Assembly (NCBI GenBank): GCA_964521575.1
Contig: CAZFSR010000009.1
Coordinates: forward strand, 10,055 to 74,054
Reading direction: 5' to 3'
Origin: an uncultured Synergistaceae bacterium
GTDB lineage: Bacteria; Synergistota; Synergistia; Synergistales; 79-D21
DNA: 64,000 bases
Shown: positions 27,137-37,865 of the stretch, piece by piece
Layout: each line of letters begins with the position of its first letter
Position numbering within the stretch: the stretch's first letter is position 1
Made by a program: the position numbers and the translations under genes
The notes under the pieces: generated by a model
Told to the model about the DNA's origin: nothing
Database searches by the model: none
What the model saw: the letters and a program-made list of their open reading frames with translations, nothing else

Positions 27137-28075
27137 TCAGGCTTCCCAGGTTTCGCCGCAGCGGTCGAGGATGGCCTGCCAGTCGGCGTCCACGTCGGCC
27201 TGGATTTGCTCCAGCAGGGCCTTGGAGGCCTCACCCTTGAAGAGGTGGCGGAAACGGGCCTGGGGCTTGAGGAACTCCTCGATGGGAACGCGTTTCTTCG
27301 GCTTGTAGGTGAGTTTCCATACCCCGTCGATGACCTCGTAGACGGGCCAGAAGCGGGTGTCCGCCGCGAGCTTGCAGATGTCCTGCTGCAGGGACGGGTC
27401 GATGCCCCAGAAGAGGACGCACGGCACGAGGATGTTGACGAACGCCGGTCCCGGCGTCTCGACGGCACGCTTCACCTTCTCGGCCACGTCGGTGGCGTTG
27501 AACAGGGTCGTCTGGGCTACGTAAGGCACGTGGTGGGCTTCCGCGATGGCGGTGAGGTCCTTGGGTTTCTGCAGCTTGCCGGGGATGACGCTCCCGGCCG
27601 GGGAGGTGGTGGCGTTGGCCCCCTTCGGGGTCGCGCTGCTTCGCTGAGCCCCGGTGTTCATGTAGCCACCGTTGTTGTAGCAGATGTAGGTGAAGTCGTG
27701 TCCCCGCTCCAGGGCGCCGGAGAGGGCCTGAAGGCCGATATCGTAGGTGCCGCCGTCGCCGCCGAAGGCGACGAACTTGATGTCCTTGTCGATCTTGCCG
27801 CGTTTCTTCAGCGCCACGTAGGCGGCTTCTACGCCTGACACGCCGGCCCCCGCGTTCTCGAAAGCCGTGTGGATCCATGGCACCCTCCAGGAGCTGAACG
27901 GGTAAACGGTGGTGGAAACCTCCAGGCAGCCCGTGGCGTTGACGACGACCACGGGCGATTCGACGCCCATAAGCCCCTGGTGCACCGCCGTGGGGGCGCC
28001 GCAGCCCGGGCACATGCGGTGCCCGTTGGTCAGGGGGCTTTCCTTCTGCGTGTAGTCCTTGATCCGGATGGCCAT
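27137..28075 (-). CDS. porB: pyruvate:ferredoxin oxidoreductase beta subunit
   Basis: GHRMCPGCG, GGDGGTYDIG, YMNTGAQRS. Confidence 0.92.
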   Translation of the reverse strand: MAIRIKDYTQKESPLTNGHRMCPGCGAPTAVHQGLMGVESPVVVVNATGCLEVSTTVYPFSSWRVPWIHTAFENAGAGVSGVEAAYVALKKRGKIDKDIKFVAFGGDGGTYDIGLQALSGALERGHDFTYICYNNGGYMNTGAQRSSATPKGANATTSPAGSVIPGKLQKPKDLTAIAEAHHVPYVAQTTLFNATDVAEKVKRAVETPGPAFVNILVPCVLFWGIDPSLQQDICKLAADTRFWPVYEVIDGVWKLTYKPKKRVPIEEFLKPQARFRHLFKGEASKALLEQIQADVDADWQAILDRCGETWEA

Positions 28076-28086
28076 CTCTTTCCCCC

Positions 28087-29253
28087 CTATTCCAGCAGTC
28101 CCAGGTAGCGCTCTTCGCGGGAGACCTTCCCCGCGGCGAGGTCCGTGAAAAGGTCCCGGGCATACTGCGGGAAGAAATCCCGCCCGCCCAGGCCGTAAAC
28201 GCACGACTGCACGGGGACGTTCTCCCCGGAGTCGTACAGGGCGCTCTTTACCTCGGCGGCCAGCGGGGCCGTTCCGCCGATGCTCAGGGCCCGGTCCAGG
28301 ACCGCGACGGCCTTTGCGCCGCCCAGGGCCGCAGCGGCTTCTTCGGCCGGGAAGGGCCGGAACATCCGCACCCTCAGGCAGCCGGCCTTGATGCCCTGGT
28401 CGCGCAGCTCGTCCACGACGTCCTTGACCACGCCGGAGGCCGACGACATGACCACGACGATGTAGTCGGCGTCCTCGGTGCGGTACCGGTCGAGCTTGGG
28501 ATAGAAACGTCCCGAGACGGCTTCGTAGTCCTTCGCGACCCCGTCGTAGACCCGAAGGACGTTCTTCATGGCCTCGACCTGCTGCCGCTTGATCTCGAAG
28601 TAGTATTCGGACATGACGAAAGACCCGTAGGTGACCGGGTTCGTCACGTCCAGGAGCGGAAAGTGCGCATCTCGCTCGCCGACGAAGGCTTTCACCGCCG
28701 CGTCGTCAAGCAGGTTCACCGGTTCGAAGCCGTGGCTCGTGATGAAACCGTCCTGGCAGACGAAGACGGGGGATAGCACGTCCTTGTGCTCGGCCAGGCG
28801 GACGGCCAGGATCGCCGTGTCGTAGGCTTCCTGGGCGTCCTCGCAGTAGAGATGGACCCATCCCGCGTCGCGCTCGGCCATGCTGTCGCTGTGGTCGCAG
28901 TGGATGTTGATGGGAGCGCCGATGCACCGGTTCACCAGCCCGAAGACGATGGGCGTGCGGAAGCAGCCGGCGATGGGGAAGATCTCGTGCATGAGGGCCA
29001 CGCCGTTGGCGCTCGAGGCCGTCATGACGCGCGCTCCGGCGGCCGAGGCGGTGACGCAGGCGGTGATGGCGGAGTGCTCGCTTTCAACGGTGACGAAGTT
29101 GGTGTCCACCTTGCCGTTGGCCACGAAGTCCGCGAACTTCATCGGGATGTCGGTGGACGGGGTGATGGGGTAGGCGGCGACGACGTCCGGGTTGATCTGG
29201 CGCATCGCTTCCGCGAAGGCCCAGTTGCCCGAAGTGATTTCCCTGCGAGGCAT
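28087..29253 (-). CDS. porA: pyruvate:ferredoxin oxidoreductase alpha subunit
   Basis: AAYPITPST, ESEHSA, NRCIGAPINIH, RVRMFRPFP. Confidence 0.92.
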   Translation of the reverse strand: MPRREITSGNWAFAEAMRQINPDVVAAYPITPSTDIPMKFADFVANGKVDTNFVTVESEHSAITACVTASAAGARVMTASSANGVALMHEIFPIAGCFRTPIVFGLVNRCIGAPINIHCDHSDSMAERDAGWVHLYCEDAQEAYDTAILAVRLAEHKDVLSPVFVCQDGFITSHGFEPVNLLDDAAVKAFVGERDAHFPLLDVTNPVTYGSFVMSEYYFEIKRQQVEAMKNVLRVYDGVAKDYEAVSGRFYPKLDRYRTEDADYIVVVMSSASGVVKDVVDELRDQGIKAGCLRVRMFRPFPAEEAAAALGGAKAVAVLDRALSIGGTAPLAAEVKSALYDSGENVPVQSCVYGLGGRDFFPQYARDLFTDLAAGKVSREERYLGLLE

Positions 29254-29256
29254 GGC

Positions 29257-29601
29257 TTACTCCCCCTTCGTTCCGGCGCCGGGTCCCGTGAACTCGGACT
29301 CGGGCCGCATCTCGATGGCCTGCTTCGGGCAAATGTGGGCACAGATGCCGCAGCCCTTGCAGTAAAAGGTGTCGATGCCGGCGACCTTCCCGTTCTCGTC
29401 CGTCAGGACGGAGCGGTCGGGACACTGGTTCCAGCAGAGGAGGCACGAGATGCACTTTTCCCCGTCCCAGACCGGCCGCATGCTCCTCCACTGTCCGGTC
29501 TCGACGGCCTCTGCGGAGGCCCCGAAAGCGATGCCGCCCATGGGGACGTCCTGCCACTTTTTCGGCTTGCCCATCTCGGCGCTGTTCCCGCGCTCCTTCA
29601 T
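29257..29601 (-). CDS. porD: pyruvate:ferredoxin oxidoreductase delta subunit (2x[4Fe-4S])
   Basis: TGQWRSMRP, CISCLLCWNQCP, YCKGCGICAHICP; ATGA overlap with porC (alternative start 29574). Confidence 0.9.
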   Translation of the reverse strand: MKERGNSAEMGKPKKWQDVPMGGIAFGASAEAVETGQWRSMRPVWDGEKCISCLLCWNQCPDRSVLTDENGKVAGIDTFYCKGCGICAHICPKQAIEMRPESEFTGPGAGTKGE

Positions 29602-30170
29602 CCGACCTGCACCTCCTCGTAGCCCCGCCGGATCGCCCGCACGTTTGCCGCGAGGATCTTTTCGGGGAGCTTGGCCATCTTGTGGGAGAAATGCTCGACG
29701 AAGGCCTCGATGGGAACCTCGCCGAAAATGTGGGCGAAGGTGCCGAGCATGGGAGCGTTGGGGCGGTTCTGGCCGAACTCTTCCAGCGTGATCTTCGTCG
29801 CGTCGATGGTGATGACCTTCACGGCATCGGGCAGGCCCAGCCGTGCCTTGATCTCGGCAGGTGCGGCGGGCGTGTTGACGAGGTACACGGTCTTTTCCGT
29901 GCACCCATCCGTGGGGCGGACCGATTCGAGCAGGGTCGGGTCGATGACGGCCACGACGTCGGGGTTCTGGACGCCGCAGCGCTTGCGGATGGGGGCGTCG
30001 GAGACTCGGTTGAACGCCTTCATCGGCGCTCCCTGCCGCTCGGCGCCGTACTCCGGGAACGACTGCACGTGCTTGCCGGCCTCGAACAGGACTTCCGCCA
30101 GGACGGCCGATCCCGTCTTGGCTCCCTGTCCTCCCCGGCCGTGCCACCGGACCTCCAGGGTCTTGGGCAT
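29598..30170 (-). CDS. porC: pyruvate:ferredoxin oxidoreductase gamma subunit
   Basis: RWHGRGGQGAKT, FPEYGAERQGAP, NRPNAPMLG. Confidence 0.92.
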   Translation of the reverse strand: MPKTLEVRWHGRGGQGAKTGSAVLAEVLFEAGKHVQSFPEYGAERQGAPMKAFNRVSDAPIRKRCGVQNPDVVAVIDPTLLESVRPTDGCTEKTVYLVNTPAAPAEIKARLGLPDAVKVITIDATKITLEEFGQNRPNAPMLGTFAHIFGEVPIEAFVEHFSHKMAKLPEKILAANVRAIRRGYEEVQVG

Positions 30171-30345
30171 GGACGGATCACGCTCCTCTCGTGGAATAAT
30201 GAATGCTGTATATCGCTAGAGGACATACGGGAAAAGAATAGCGTGAGTCGGGGGAATAATCAAACGATTCGGGAGAGTTTGACCCCTGGAAATAGGGCGC
30301 GCAGCGGTCTCCTGTGTTATAAAGGACTTAAACGGGAGGGATGAT

Positions 30346-31668
30346 ATGCTTCGGGCCAATTCGCGCTATTCGAATTCCCTGGCCGTGCTTTTCGGGGCGG
30401 AAAGCCTGGTGTTCTGGGTGGCAGTCATCGCTGGCGGGCTTCTCGTCTTCGAAGGAAAAGCCTACTGGGGCCAGTATGCCGTGCTCCATGTCTGCCTGGT
30501 CCTGGGGCTGTATGCCTTCAGGGGCTATGATCCCGCGCGGCTCAAGAACCGTTACGAAGCGCTCATCTCGTCGTTCCAGGGAACCCTGTTCGGGGGGATC
30601 CTGGCGGTTTCCCTCCTCATGACGCAATTCCCCCGCATTCCCCGCCCCTACTTCATCCCGGCTTTCCTGGCGTATGCCGCAACTGCTCTGGCCGGACGGC
30701 TGGTGTGGCCGGTCGCCTTTTCCCGGACGGAAAGGACCCTGGCGGTGCGGGTCGTGGGCGAGGAGCGGTGGAGAGGGTTGCTCTCCGAAATTGCGACGGG
30801 CCTGGGGATCGTCTTCGAACCGTCCGCTTTCGTGAACCTGAACGACCTGGAAACGCTGCCCATTCCGGCGAAAAACGGCGGGAACAAGGGGGGGCTGCTG
30901 ATCGTGGCGGATCCGGAGGCCCTTGCGGCTCCCGGGTTTCACCGGGCCTTGAACCGGATGGGGGCGAAGGGTATGCGGATCGAGCTTCTGCCCAACCTGG
31001 CCGAGCGGGCCCTGGGGAGGATTCCCCTGGACGTGGCCCAGGCTTTTCGAAACCACTACGAGGTGGTCTTCAATGACCTCGTGCTCGATCCGGTGCAGAG
31101 GATCCTGGACGTGACGGTCTCCCTATGTGCACTGGTGCTTCTATCTCCGGTCATGGCGCTGGCCGCCCTAGCGATAAGGCTGGATTCTAAAGGGCCGGCC
31201 CTGTTCGTCCAGGACCGGGTGGGGCTGGACGGGGCGGTCTACCGGATGCACAAGTTCCGCACGATGACGGTGCGGGAAGAGGGAAACGGAAAACCGGCCT
31301 TCGCGGACAAGGAAGAACACCGGATCACGAAGGTCGGCCGGATCTTGAGAAAGACCCGCCTGGACGAACTGCCCCAGCTCTGGGACGTGCTGAGGGGAAA
31401 GATGAGCCTGGTGGGGCCGCGACCGGAGCAGCCGCCGTTCGTGGAGCAGTTCCGGGAGGCGATCCCCTTTTACGACTACCGCCACGAGGCCAAGCCCGGC
31501 ATCACCGGCTGGGCCCAGATCAACTATGATTATGTGTATGACCTGGAAGGCACGAAACGCAAGCTGGAATACGACCTTTACTACGTCAAGCGCCGGTCGC
31601 TCATGCTTGACCTTCAGATCCTGCTGAAGACTCTGGAGATCATGGTGGGAAGGCGGGGAGCCCGGTGA
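30346..31668 (+). CDS. undecaprenyl-phosphate sugar-1-phosphate transferase (priming glycosyltransferase)
   Basis: N-terminal TMs; KFRTM, RITKVGRILRKTRLDELPQL, SLVGPRP, KPGITGWAQ. Confidence 0.92.
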   Translation: MLRANSRYSNSLAVLFGAESLVFWVAVIAGGLLVFEGKAYWGQYAVLHVCLVLGLYAFRGYDPARLKNRYEALISSFQGTLFGGILAVSLLMTQFPRIPRPYFIPAFLAYAATALAGRLVWPVAFSRTERTLAVRVVGEERWRGLLSEIATGLGIVFEPSAFVNLNDLETLPIPAKNGGNKGGLLIVADPEALAAPGFHRALNRMGAKGMRIELLPNLAERALGRIPLDVAQAFRNHYEVVFNDLVLDPVQRILDVTVSLCALVLLSPVMALAALAIRLDSKGPALFVQDRVGLDGAVYRMHKFRTMTVREEGNGKPAFADKEEHRITKVGRILRKTRLDELPQLWDVLRGKMSLVGPRPEQPPFVEQFREAIPFYDYRHEAKPGITGWAQINYDYVYDLEGTKRKLEYDLYYVKRRSLMLDLQILLKTLEIMVGRRGAR

Positions 31669-31713
31669 GGCGGCTGCATATCGGGATTGCAATCAAGTCT
31701 GGGGGGCGTTGAA

Positions 31714-32820
31714 ATGGTCAAAAGAGCCCTGATTTCGGGCATCACCGGTCAAGATGGAGCCTACCTCGCGGAATTCCTGCTCAGCAAAGGATACGAGGTT
31801 CATGGAATAAAGCGCCGGAGTAGCCTTTTCAACACGGGTCGGATCGATCACCTCTATCAGGACCCACACGAAGAGAACCTGCGGTTTACCCTTCACTACG
31901 GTGATTTGACGGATGCGACCAACCTCATCCGGGTCGTGCAAGAAGTTCAGCCGGATGAGATTTATAATCTCGGTGCCCAGAGCCACGTACAGGTGTCCTT
32001 CGAGACTCCGGAGTACACGGCCAACAGCGATGCGCTCGGAACGCTAAGGCTACTGGAGGCGGTCCGGATTCTAAATCTTGAGAAAAAAACCCGCCTTTAC
32101 CAGGCATCTACAAGCGAGCTCTTCGGGAAGGTCCAGGAAGTCCCGCAGAAGGAAACCACCCCCTTTTATCCACGAAGTCCATACGCGGCAGCCAAGCTTT
32201 ACGCTTACTGGATCACCGTGAATTACCGAGAAGCCTACTATCTCCACGCCTCGAACGGGATCCTTTTCAACCACGAATCCCCGCTGCGCGGAGAAACCTT
32301 TGTTTCAAGAAAGATCACCCGGGCGGTTGCAAGGATCGCCCTCGGGATGCAAAAGAAACTCTACCTCGGTAATCTGGATGCCAAGCGGGACTGGGGGCAT
32401 GCACGGGATTACGTTGAAGCCATGTGGTTGATGCTACAGAAAGAGTGTCCCGACGATTACGTGATCGCCACGGGGAAGACCCATTCGGTCAGGGATTTTG
32501 CCACACTAGCCTTTGCGGAGGCTGGAATCGATCTGACCTGGGAGGGTATGGGCCTGGAGGAAAAAGGACGAAATGTGAAGACAGGGGAAGTTTTGATTGA
32601 GGTTGATCCCCGCTATTTCCGCCCCACCGAGGTGGACCTGCTGCTGGGGGATCCCTCAAAGGCAGGGGAAAAGCTTGGTTGGAAGGCCAAAACCTCTTTC
32701 GAGGAGCTCGTAAAGGAAATGGTGGCAGCGGATATTGAGCGGTTCCTCAAGGAGAAATATTGTCGTGATGGAGGCTTTACCTCCTCCCCCCGAATCGAGG
32801 AGTTCGGTCAGATTCTATAG
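31714..32820 (+). CDS. gmd: GDP-mannose 4,6-dehydratase
   Basis: [48 protein letters not shown]. Confidence 0.97.
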   Translation: MVKRALISGITGQDGAYLAEFLLSKGYEVHGIKRRSSLFNTGRIDHLYQDPHEENLRFTLHYGDLTDATNLIRVVQEVQPDEIYNLGAQSHVQVSFETPEYTANSDALGTLRLLEAVRILNLEKKTRLYQASTSELFGKVQEVPQKETTPFYPRSPYAAAKLYAYWITVNYREAYYLHASNGILFNHESPLRGETFVSRKITRAVARIALGMQKKLYLGNLDAKRDWGHARDYVEAMWLMLQKECPDDYVIATGKTHSVRDFATLAFAEAGIDLTWEGMGLEEKGRNVKTGEVLIEVDPRYFRPTEVDLLLGDPSKAGEKLGWKAKTSFEELVKEMVAADIERFLKEKYCRDGGFTSSPRIEEFGQIL

Positions 32821-32837
32821 CAAGGAAGAAGGTCTCG

Positions 32838-33776
32838 ATGATGGAACGTGGGGCGAAAATCTATGTCGCCGGTCACCGGGGGCTTGTAGGCTCCGCCCTG
32901 GTCAGAAAGCTTGAAGACAAAGGATATGGGAACCTTGTGGTCCGGACCAGCATGGAACTGGATCTCCGCCGTCAGGAAAAAGTCGAACGGTTCTTTGACG
33001 AGGAAAAACCGGAGTACGTCTTTCTGGCCGCGGCCAAAGTCGGTGGCATTTGGGCCAATAGCACCAATCCCGGGCCATTTATTTACGACAACCTTGCGAT
33101 TCAGCTCAACGTTCTGGAATGTGCCCGTATTTACGGGGTCAAGAAATTGCTTTTTCTAGGAAGTTCTTGCATCTATCCCCGGGACTGTCCCCAGCCAATC
33201 CGGGAGGAATATCTTTTGACAGGTCCTCTTGAGCCGACCAACGAGCCATATGCCGTAGCAAAAATCGCGGGCATTAAAATGTGCCAGGCTTACCGCAAAC
33301 AATATGGCTGTAACTTCATTGCAGTCATGCCAGCAAATCTTTATGGCCCAAATGACAATTATGATTTGGATACCAGCCATGTTCTTCCAGCGATCATTCG
33401 CAAATTCCGCGAGGCAAAGGAGCGAAAAGAGCCTTTCGTGACCCTCTGGGGTACGGGAATACCCAGAAGGGAATTCCTGCACGTGGATGACCTTGCCGAC
33501 GCTTGCCTATTCCTGATGAATAACTATGAGGGAAACGAAATCATCAATATTGGTACCGGCTCGGATCTGCAAATAAGGGATCTGGCTGAAATGATAAAAA
33601 AAGCCGTCGGGTATGAAGGAAAGATTCATTGGGATAAGGCCAAGCCGGACGGTACACCCAGGAAGTTGCTGGATACGACTCGAATCGCAAAGATGGGATG
33701 GAAGAACCAAATCTCTCTCCTTGATGGGCTCATTGAACTCATACGGGGACTAAGTGGTCAGAATGACTGTCGGTAA
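32838..33776 (+). CDS. fcl: GDP-L-fucose synthase
   Basis: VAGHRGLVGS, LAAAKVGGI, SSCIYP, YAVAK, SHVLPA, PDGTPRK. Confidence 0.96.
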   Translation: MMERGAKIYVAGHRGLVGSALVRKLEDKGYGNLVVRTSMELDLRRQEKVERFFDEEKPEYVFLAAAKVGGIWANSTNPGPFIYDNLAIQLNVLECARIYGVKKLLFLGSSCIYPRDCPQPIREEYLLTGPLEPTNEPYAVAKIAGIKMCQAYRKQYGCNFIAVMPANLYGPNDNYDLDTSHVLPAIIRKFREAKERKEPFVTLWGTGIPRREFLHVDDLADACLFLMNNYEGNEIINIGTGSDLQIRDLAEMIKKAVGYEGKIHWDKAKPDGTPRKLLDTTRIAKMGWKNQISLLDGLIELIRGLSGQNDCR

Positions 33777-34920
33777 GCTTTCCCCGAACCAAGGAAAAAG
33801 AGTCTTGCAAGTCATTACTTTGGGTGAACATGGCGGAGCGCAAAGTCATTTGCTTCACCTTGCCCGCGCTCTGGCAGAAACGGGATCGTGGGACATCCAT
33901 GTTGCGATCGGCCAAGCAGGTGCCCTTTTTGATGAACTGGCTGGAGTAGGTATTCCGACCTACGCGATTCCGAGCCTGGAACGGAACATTCATCCTCTTA
34001 GGGATACAGTAGCGCTAAAACGCTTGCGAACCCTCATGAAGGAGATTGCACCTGCGCTGGTATGCGCTCATTCCAGCAAAGCCGGATTTTTAGCCAGACT
34101 TGCGGCAAGGCTCGAGGGCATTCCTGCAATTTACACGGCGCATGGCTGGCCATTTTCGGAAAGCGTCCCAGCGGTTCCAAGGTGCTTCTATTCGTGGCTT
34201 GAACGAAAGGCTTCCACCTGGGGATCGCGGATTATCTGCGTTTCCGACTATGACAGGAAACTGGCTCTTCGTAAAAGGGTGGGCAAAGAGGAATCTCTGG
34301 TAACCATCCATAATGGACTTCCATCTACGGAGGCTTGCCAATTTGACCGTGAAGGCCGTTTTGATGTCCCACGGGTTGTCATGGTTGCACGTTTCGCCCC
34401 TCCCAAGAGGCAGGATTTGTTGTTGCTGGCCGTTTCAGCCCTCCGAAAAGAAGGTGTGGAACTAAAACTCGACCTTGTCGGGGATGGCCCCATGATGGAG
34501 AAAGCGAAAGCACTAACCATAGAACTGAACATGAATGATACTGTTCGTTTTCTTGGTGACAGGGAAGATGTAGCGCGGTGCCTAGCGAAAGCTGATATTT
34601 TTGTCCTCCTCTCCGACCGGGAAGGATTTCCCATGACGATCCTTGAAGCGATGAGAGCCGGCCTGCCGGTTCTTGCGCATGATGTGGGCGGTATCCGAGA
34701 GGCCGTGAATGACGGGGAAACGGGCTTCTTGACGGCCTGCGGAGATTTTCGTTCTCTTCTCTCCAAGCTTAGGTTGCTTCTGGAGAACAGGGACTTGCGC
34801 ATTCGCATGGGAATAGCCGGAAGGCAGCGTTTTTACGACGCGTTCACAATGGATCGAATGCTTTCGAAAACCCAGCTTCTTTACAATGATGTCCTGTCTG
34901 AGTGGGGAAGGGCTCTTTGA
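33763..34920 (+). CDS. glycosyltransferase family 4
   Basis: GGAQ, HSSKAG, YTAHG, EGFPMTILEAM. Confidence 0.88.
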   Translation: MTVGKLSPNQGKRVLQVITLGEHGGAQSHLLHLARALAETGSWDIHVAIGQAGALFDELAGVGIPTYAIPSLERNIHPLRDTVALKRLRTLMKEIAPALVCAHSSKAGFLARLAARLEGIPAIYTAHGWPFSESVPAVPRCFYSWLERKASTWGSRIICVSDYDRKLALRKRVGKEESLVTIHNGLPSTEACQFDREGRFDVPRVVMVARFAPPKRQDLLLLAVSALRKEGVELKLDLVGDGPMMEKAKALTIELNMNDTVRFLGDREDVARCLAKADIFVLLSDREGFPMTILEAMRAGLPVLAHDVGGIREAVNDGETGFLTACGDFRSLLSKLRLLLENRDLRIRMGIAGRQRFYDAFTMDRMLSKTQLLYNDVLSEWGRAL

Positions 34921-34957
34921 CCTGAAAAGTCATACCAAAGTGGGGAGGTATGGGAGC

Positions 34958-35758
34958 ATGCCTTTGATCAGCGTGATCATGGGAGTGAAGAATGGCGAAA
35001 GGACTCTCAAGGCCTCTCTCGAATCACTTTGTGCTCAGACTTTCCGGGATTTTGAAGTGATTGCCTGTGATGATGGGTCTTCCGATGGCACTTATGAAAT
35101 CCTCTCTTCCTTCCAGGGCCCCCTGCCAGGGATGAAAATTCTCAGGAATCAGGAAAGCATGGGCTTAGGTTTTGCACTGAACAAGTGTATTCACGAGGCC
35201 AGAGGAAACTACCTTGCCCGCCAAGACGCGGATGATGAATCCGAGCCGACGAGGTTTGAAGAACAGTTAAGATTTCTCGATAACCATCCGGAGATTACCG
35301 TTCTTGGAACCTATGCCAGGATCGTTGATGAGGAAGGAACCGCCTGGGGAGAATATTGTCCCCCAGAGGAGGCCACGCGAAAGGAATGGCTTAGGGGGAA
35401 CCAGCTGATCCATCCTTCTGTCCTGATGCGAACGGCGGACATCAAGCGGGTCGCTTCCTACGATCCTTCCGCTATTCGGCTTGAAGATTACGATCTCTGG
35501 CTTCGCCTTCTTGGAAAAGGAGCAAGGCTTGTAACCCTTCCCCGATTTCTTTACCGCTATCGTTGGGCTCTGGCTGACTACAGGCGCAAACGCCTTCAAG
35601 ACCGGATAGGAGAAGTTCGGATGCTTTTCCGGTTCAGTAAGCAATGGCACATTCCACTCGCAGATCGCGTCTACTGTCTCAAGCCACTGGTTGCAGGGCT
35701 TGTACCGGATTCACTTCTGTACCGGTTCCACCGCAGAAAGTGGAGGCAAAGAGCTTGA
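34958..35758 (+). CDS. glycosyltransferase family 2
   Basis: ISVIMGVKN, CDDGSSD, ARQDADD, EDYDLW. Confidence 0.88.
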   Translation: MPLISVIMGVKNGERTLKASLESLCAQTFRDFEVIACDDGSSDGTYEILSSFQGPLPGMKILRNQESMGLGFALNKCIHEARGNYLARQDADDESEPTRFEEQLRFLDNHPEITVLGTYARIVDEEGTAWGEYCPPEEATRKEWLRGNQLIHPSVLMRTADIKRVASYDPSAIRLEDYDLWLRLLGKGARLVTLPRFLYRYRWALADYRRKRLQDRIGEVRMLFRFSKQWHIPLADRVYCLKPLVAGLVPDSLLYRFHRRKWRQRA

Positions 35759-36993
35759 AAATCCTACATGTGACGGAATATTACCCTCCTTCGGTCGGAG
35801 GAGTGCCGGAAACGGTGCGCCAGATCTCCGAGCGGTTGGTTAAAGTGGGGCATTCGGTTACCGTGGCGACGTCATGGATTCCCTCTAGGCCTTATGTCCA
35901 GAGAGGGGTGGAAATTAAGAGCTTTCACATCTCGGGGAATCTGGTCGAGGGATTCCGCGGAAGGGTGGAAGACTACCGAGATTTTCTCCTGTACAGCGAT
36001 TACGATGTGGTTTGTTTTTTCGCATCTCAGCAATGGGGGACGGACCTTGCCCTACCGGTTCTTGACAGAATCAGAGCAAAGAAGATATTTGCTTCGGCAG
36101 GGTTTTCACGCAAGGATGATCCTCGGTACAGAAAATATTACGAAAAATTGGCACTCTTGTTGGGCAGATTTGATGCCCTCGTATTCTTATCCGAGGATTT
36201 ACCGGACTTCAAGTTTGCGCAGGATTACGGTTGCAAGAGCCTTTTTGTTATTCCAAACGGTGCATCGGAAGAAGAGTTCACAGAACGGAAAGGGGCGGAA
36301 ATCAGAAATTCCCTGGGTATCTCCACCGAGGATCTCTTGATTCTCTCAGTAGGCAGCCATACTAGCCTCAAGGGACACAGGGAATGTTTCGAAATTTTCA
36401 GCAGGGCGAAGATCGCAAAGTCCACCCTTCTCATTATCGGGAACCATACCCGGAGTAACCGGGTGTTTTGGATCGCCAAGACGCTAAAGCTCCTTTGGGA
36501 AAGAGGCAGGGTGGATTGTCCAGGTCTGTGTTGTCTTGCTGAAAGCATTTATAACCATCGTACCTCTTTCAGGAAAATGGGGAAGAAGGTCCTTGTCCGA
36601 GACCTGGATCGACAATCGACCGTCTCTGCCTTCATGGAAGCCGATGTTTTTCTTTTTCCTTCGAACGTTGAGTGCTCCCCGTTGACCCTGTTTGAGTGTC
36701 TGGCTTCGGGAACTCCTTTCCTGAGTACCGATGTGGGGAACGCTGCGGAAATTGCCCGTACCACTGGAGGAGGTAGGATCATTCCCTCTAGACAGCTTCT
36801 TGATGGTCGCGTGGTGCCCGATATGGAAGTGGCGGTTTCGATGCTTGAGACACTTGCAAGAGATCCTGCCGGGCGTGAAAAAATGGCAATGAAGGGTCAC
36901 TGTGCCTGGGCAGAAAAGTTTACGTGGGCCAAAGTCGCCTCGCGTTACAACGTCTTGTACGAATCGTTGGTGGGAGGGAATGGATCCAAGTGA
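35755..36993 (+). CDS. glycosyltransferase family 4
   Basis: YYPPSVGGV, KGH, ECSPLTLFECLASGTP; TTG start with GGAGG RBS. Confidence 0.82.
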   Translation: MKILHVTEYYPPSVGGVPETVRQISERLVKVGHSVTVATSWIPSRPYVQRGVEIKSFHISGNLVEGFRGRVEDYRDFLLYSDYDVVCFFASQQWGTDLALPVLDRIRAKKIFASAGFSRKDDPRYRKYYEKLALLLGRFDALVFLSEDLPDFKFAQDYGCKSLFVIPNGASEEEFTERKGAEIRNSLGISTEDLLILSVGSHTSLKGHRECFEIFSRAKIAKSTLLIIGNHTRSNRVFWIAKTLKLLWERGRVDCPGLCCLAESIYNHRTSFRKMGKKVLVRDLDRQSTVSAFMEADVFLFPSNVECSPLTLFECLASGTPFLSTDVGNAAEIARTTGGGRIIPSRQLLDGRVVPDMEVAVSMLETLARDPAGREKMAMKGHCAWAEKFTWAKVASRYNVLYESLVGGNGSK

Positions 36994-37865
36994 TTGTTGT
37001 ACAGCTTCTTGGCGGGCTGGGAAACCAACTGTTCCAATATGCTCTTGGCAGGGCCCTATCTGAAAGGAGAGGGTTGCAGTTGAAGCTAGATCTGTCCTCC
37101 TTTAAGGACTACCCTTTAAGGAGTTATCGGCTGGGCAATTTTCGTATACAGGCGGAAATCGCTTCGGAAGAGGACATCCTGCAATGCGGTTACGGCCAGG
37201 GATTGATCGGAATGGCACAGAAAATTTGGGATAGGACGCACCCGTGGTATGCCAGAAGAATTGTCAGGGAGGAATCATTTCGCTTTTCCAAAGATATTTT
37301 CAAGGTCAGGGACAAAACTCTAATCAAGGGGTACTGGCAAAGCGAGAAGTACTTCATCGACATCGCCCAGGAGTTGCGAGACGAAATCGTGCTAAAAAGC
37401 AAAATGAGCGAAGAATCATTGGCAATCCTTGCCGAAATAAGGTCTGGAGAATCAGTGAGCCTACACGTGCGGAGAGGCGATTACGTGGAAAACCCGGTTA
37501 CCAATGCTTACCATGGTGTCTGTTCTCAGGATTATTATCGCCGGGCTATCGGAATTGTGAAGAAAAAAGTCAAGACAGAGACACAGTATTTTGTCTTTTC
37601 CGATGATCCGGATTGGGTGGAGAAATCCCTTGATATCGGGACGGATTTTCGAACAATCCGGCACAACGGTCTAGGCAAAGATTACGAAGATCTCATGCTG
37701 ATGTCGGCCTGCTCGAACCATGTGATTGCCAACAGTTCCTTCAGCTGGTGGGGGGCGTGGTTGTGCAAGAATCCTGGGAAAGTTGTCGTGGCTCCTTGTC
37801 AGTGGTTCGCCCAAGCCGGAAAGGACACAAGAGATCTGCTTCCGAAAAATTGGTTGACGTGTTAG
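36990..37865 (+). CDS. alpha-1,2-fucosyltransferase (GT11)
   Basis: GGLGNQLFQYA, GYWQSEKYF, HVRRGDY, FSDD, NSSFSWWGAWL. Confidence 0.93.
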   Translation: MIVVQLLGGLGNQLFQYALGRALSERRGLQLKLDLSSFKDYPLRSYRLGNFRIQAEIASEEDILQCGYGQGLIGMAQKIWDRTHPWYARRIVREESFRFSKDIFKVRDKTLIKGYWQSEKYFIDIAQELRDEIVLKSKMSEESLAILAEIRSGESVSLHVRRGDYVENPVTNAYHGVCSQDYYRRAIGIVKKKVKTETQYFVFSDDPDWVEKSLDIGTDFRTIRHNGLGKDYEDLMLMSACSNHVIANSSFSWWGAWLCKNPGKVVVAPCQWFAQAGKDTRDLLPKNWLTC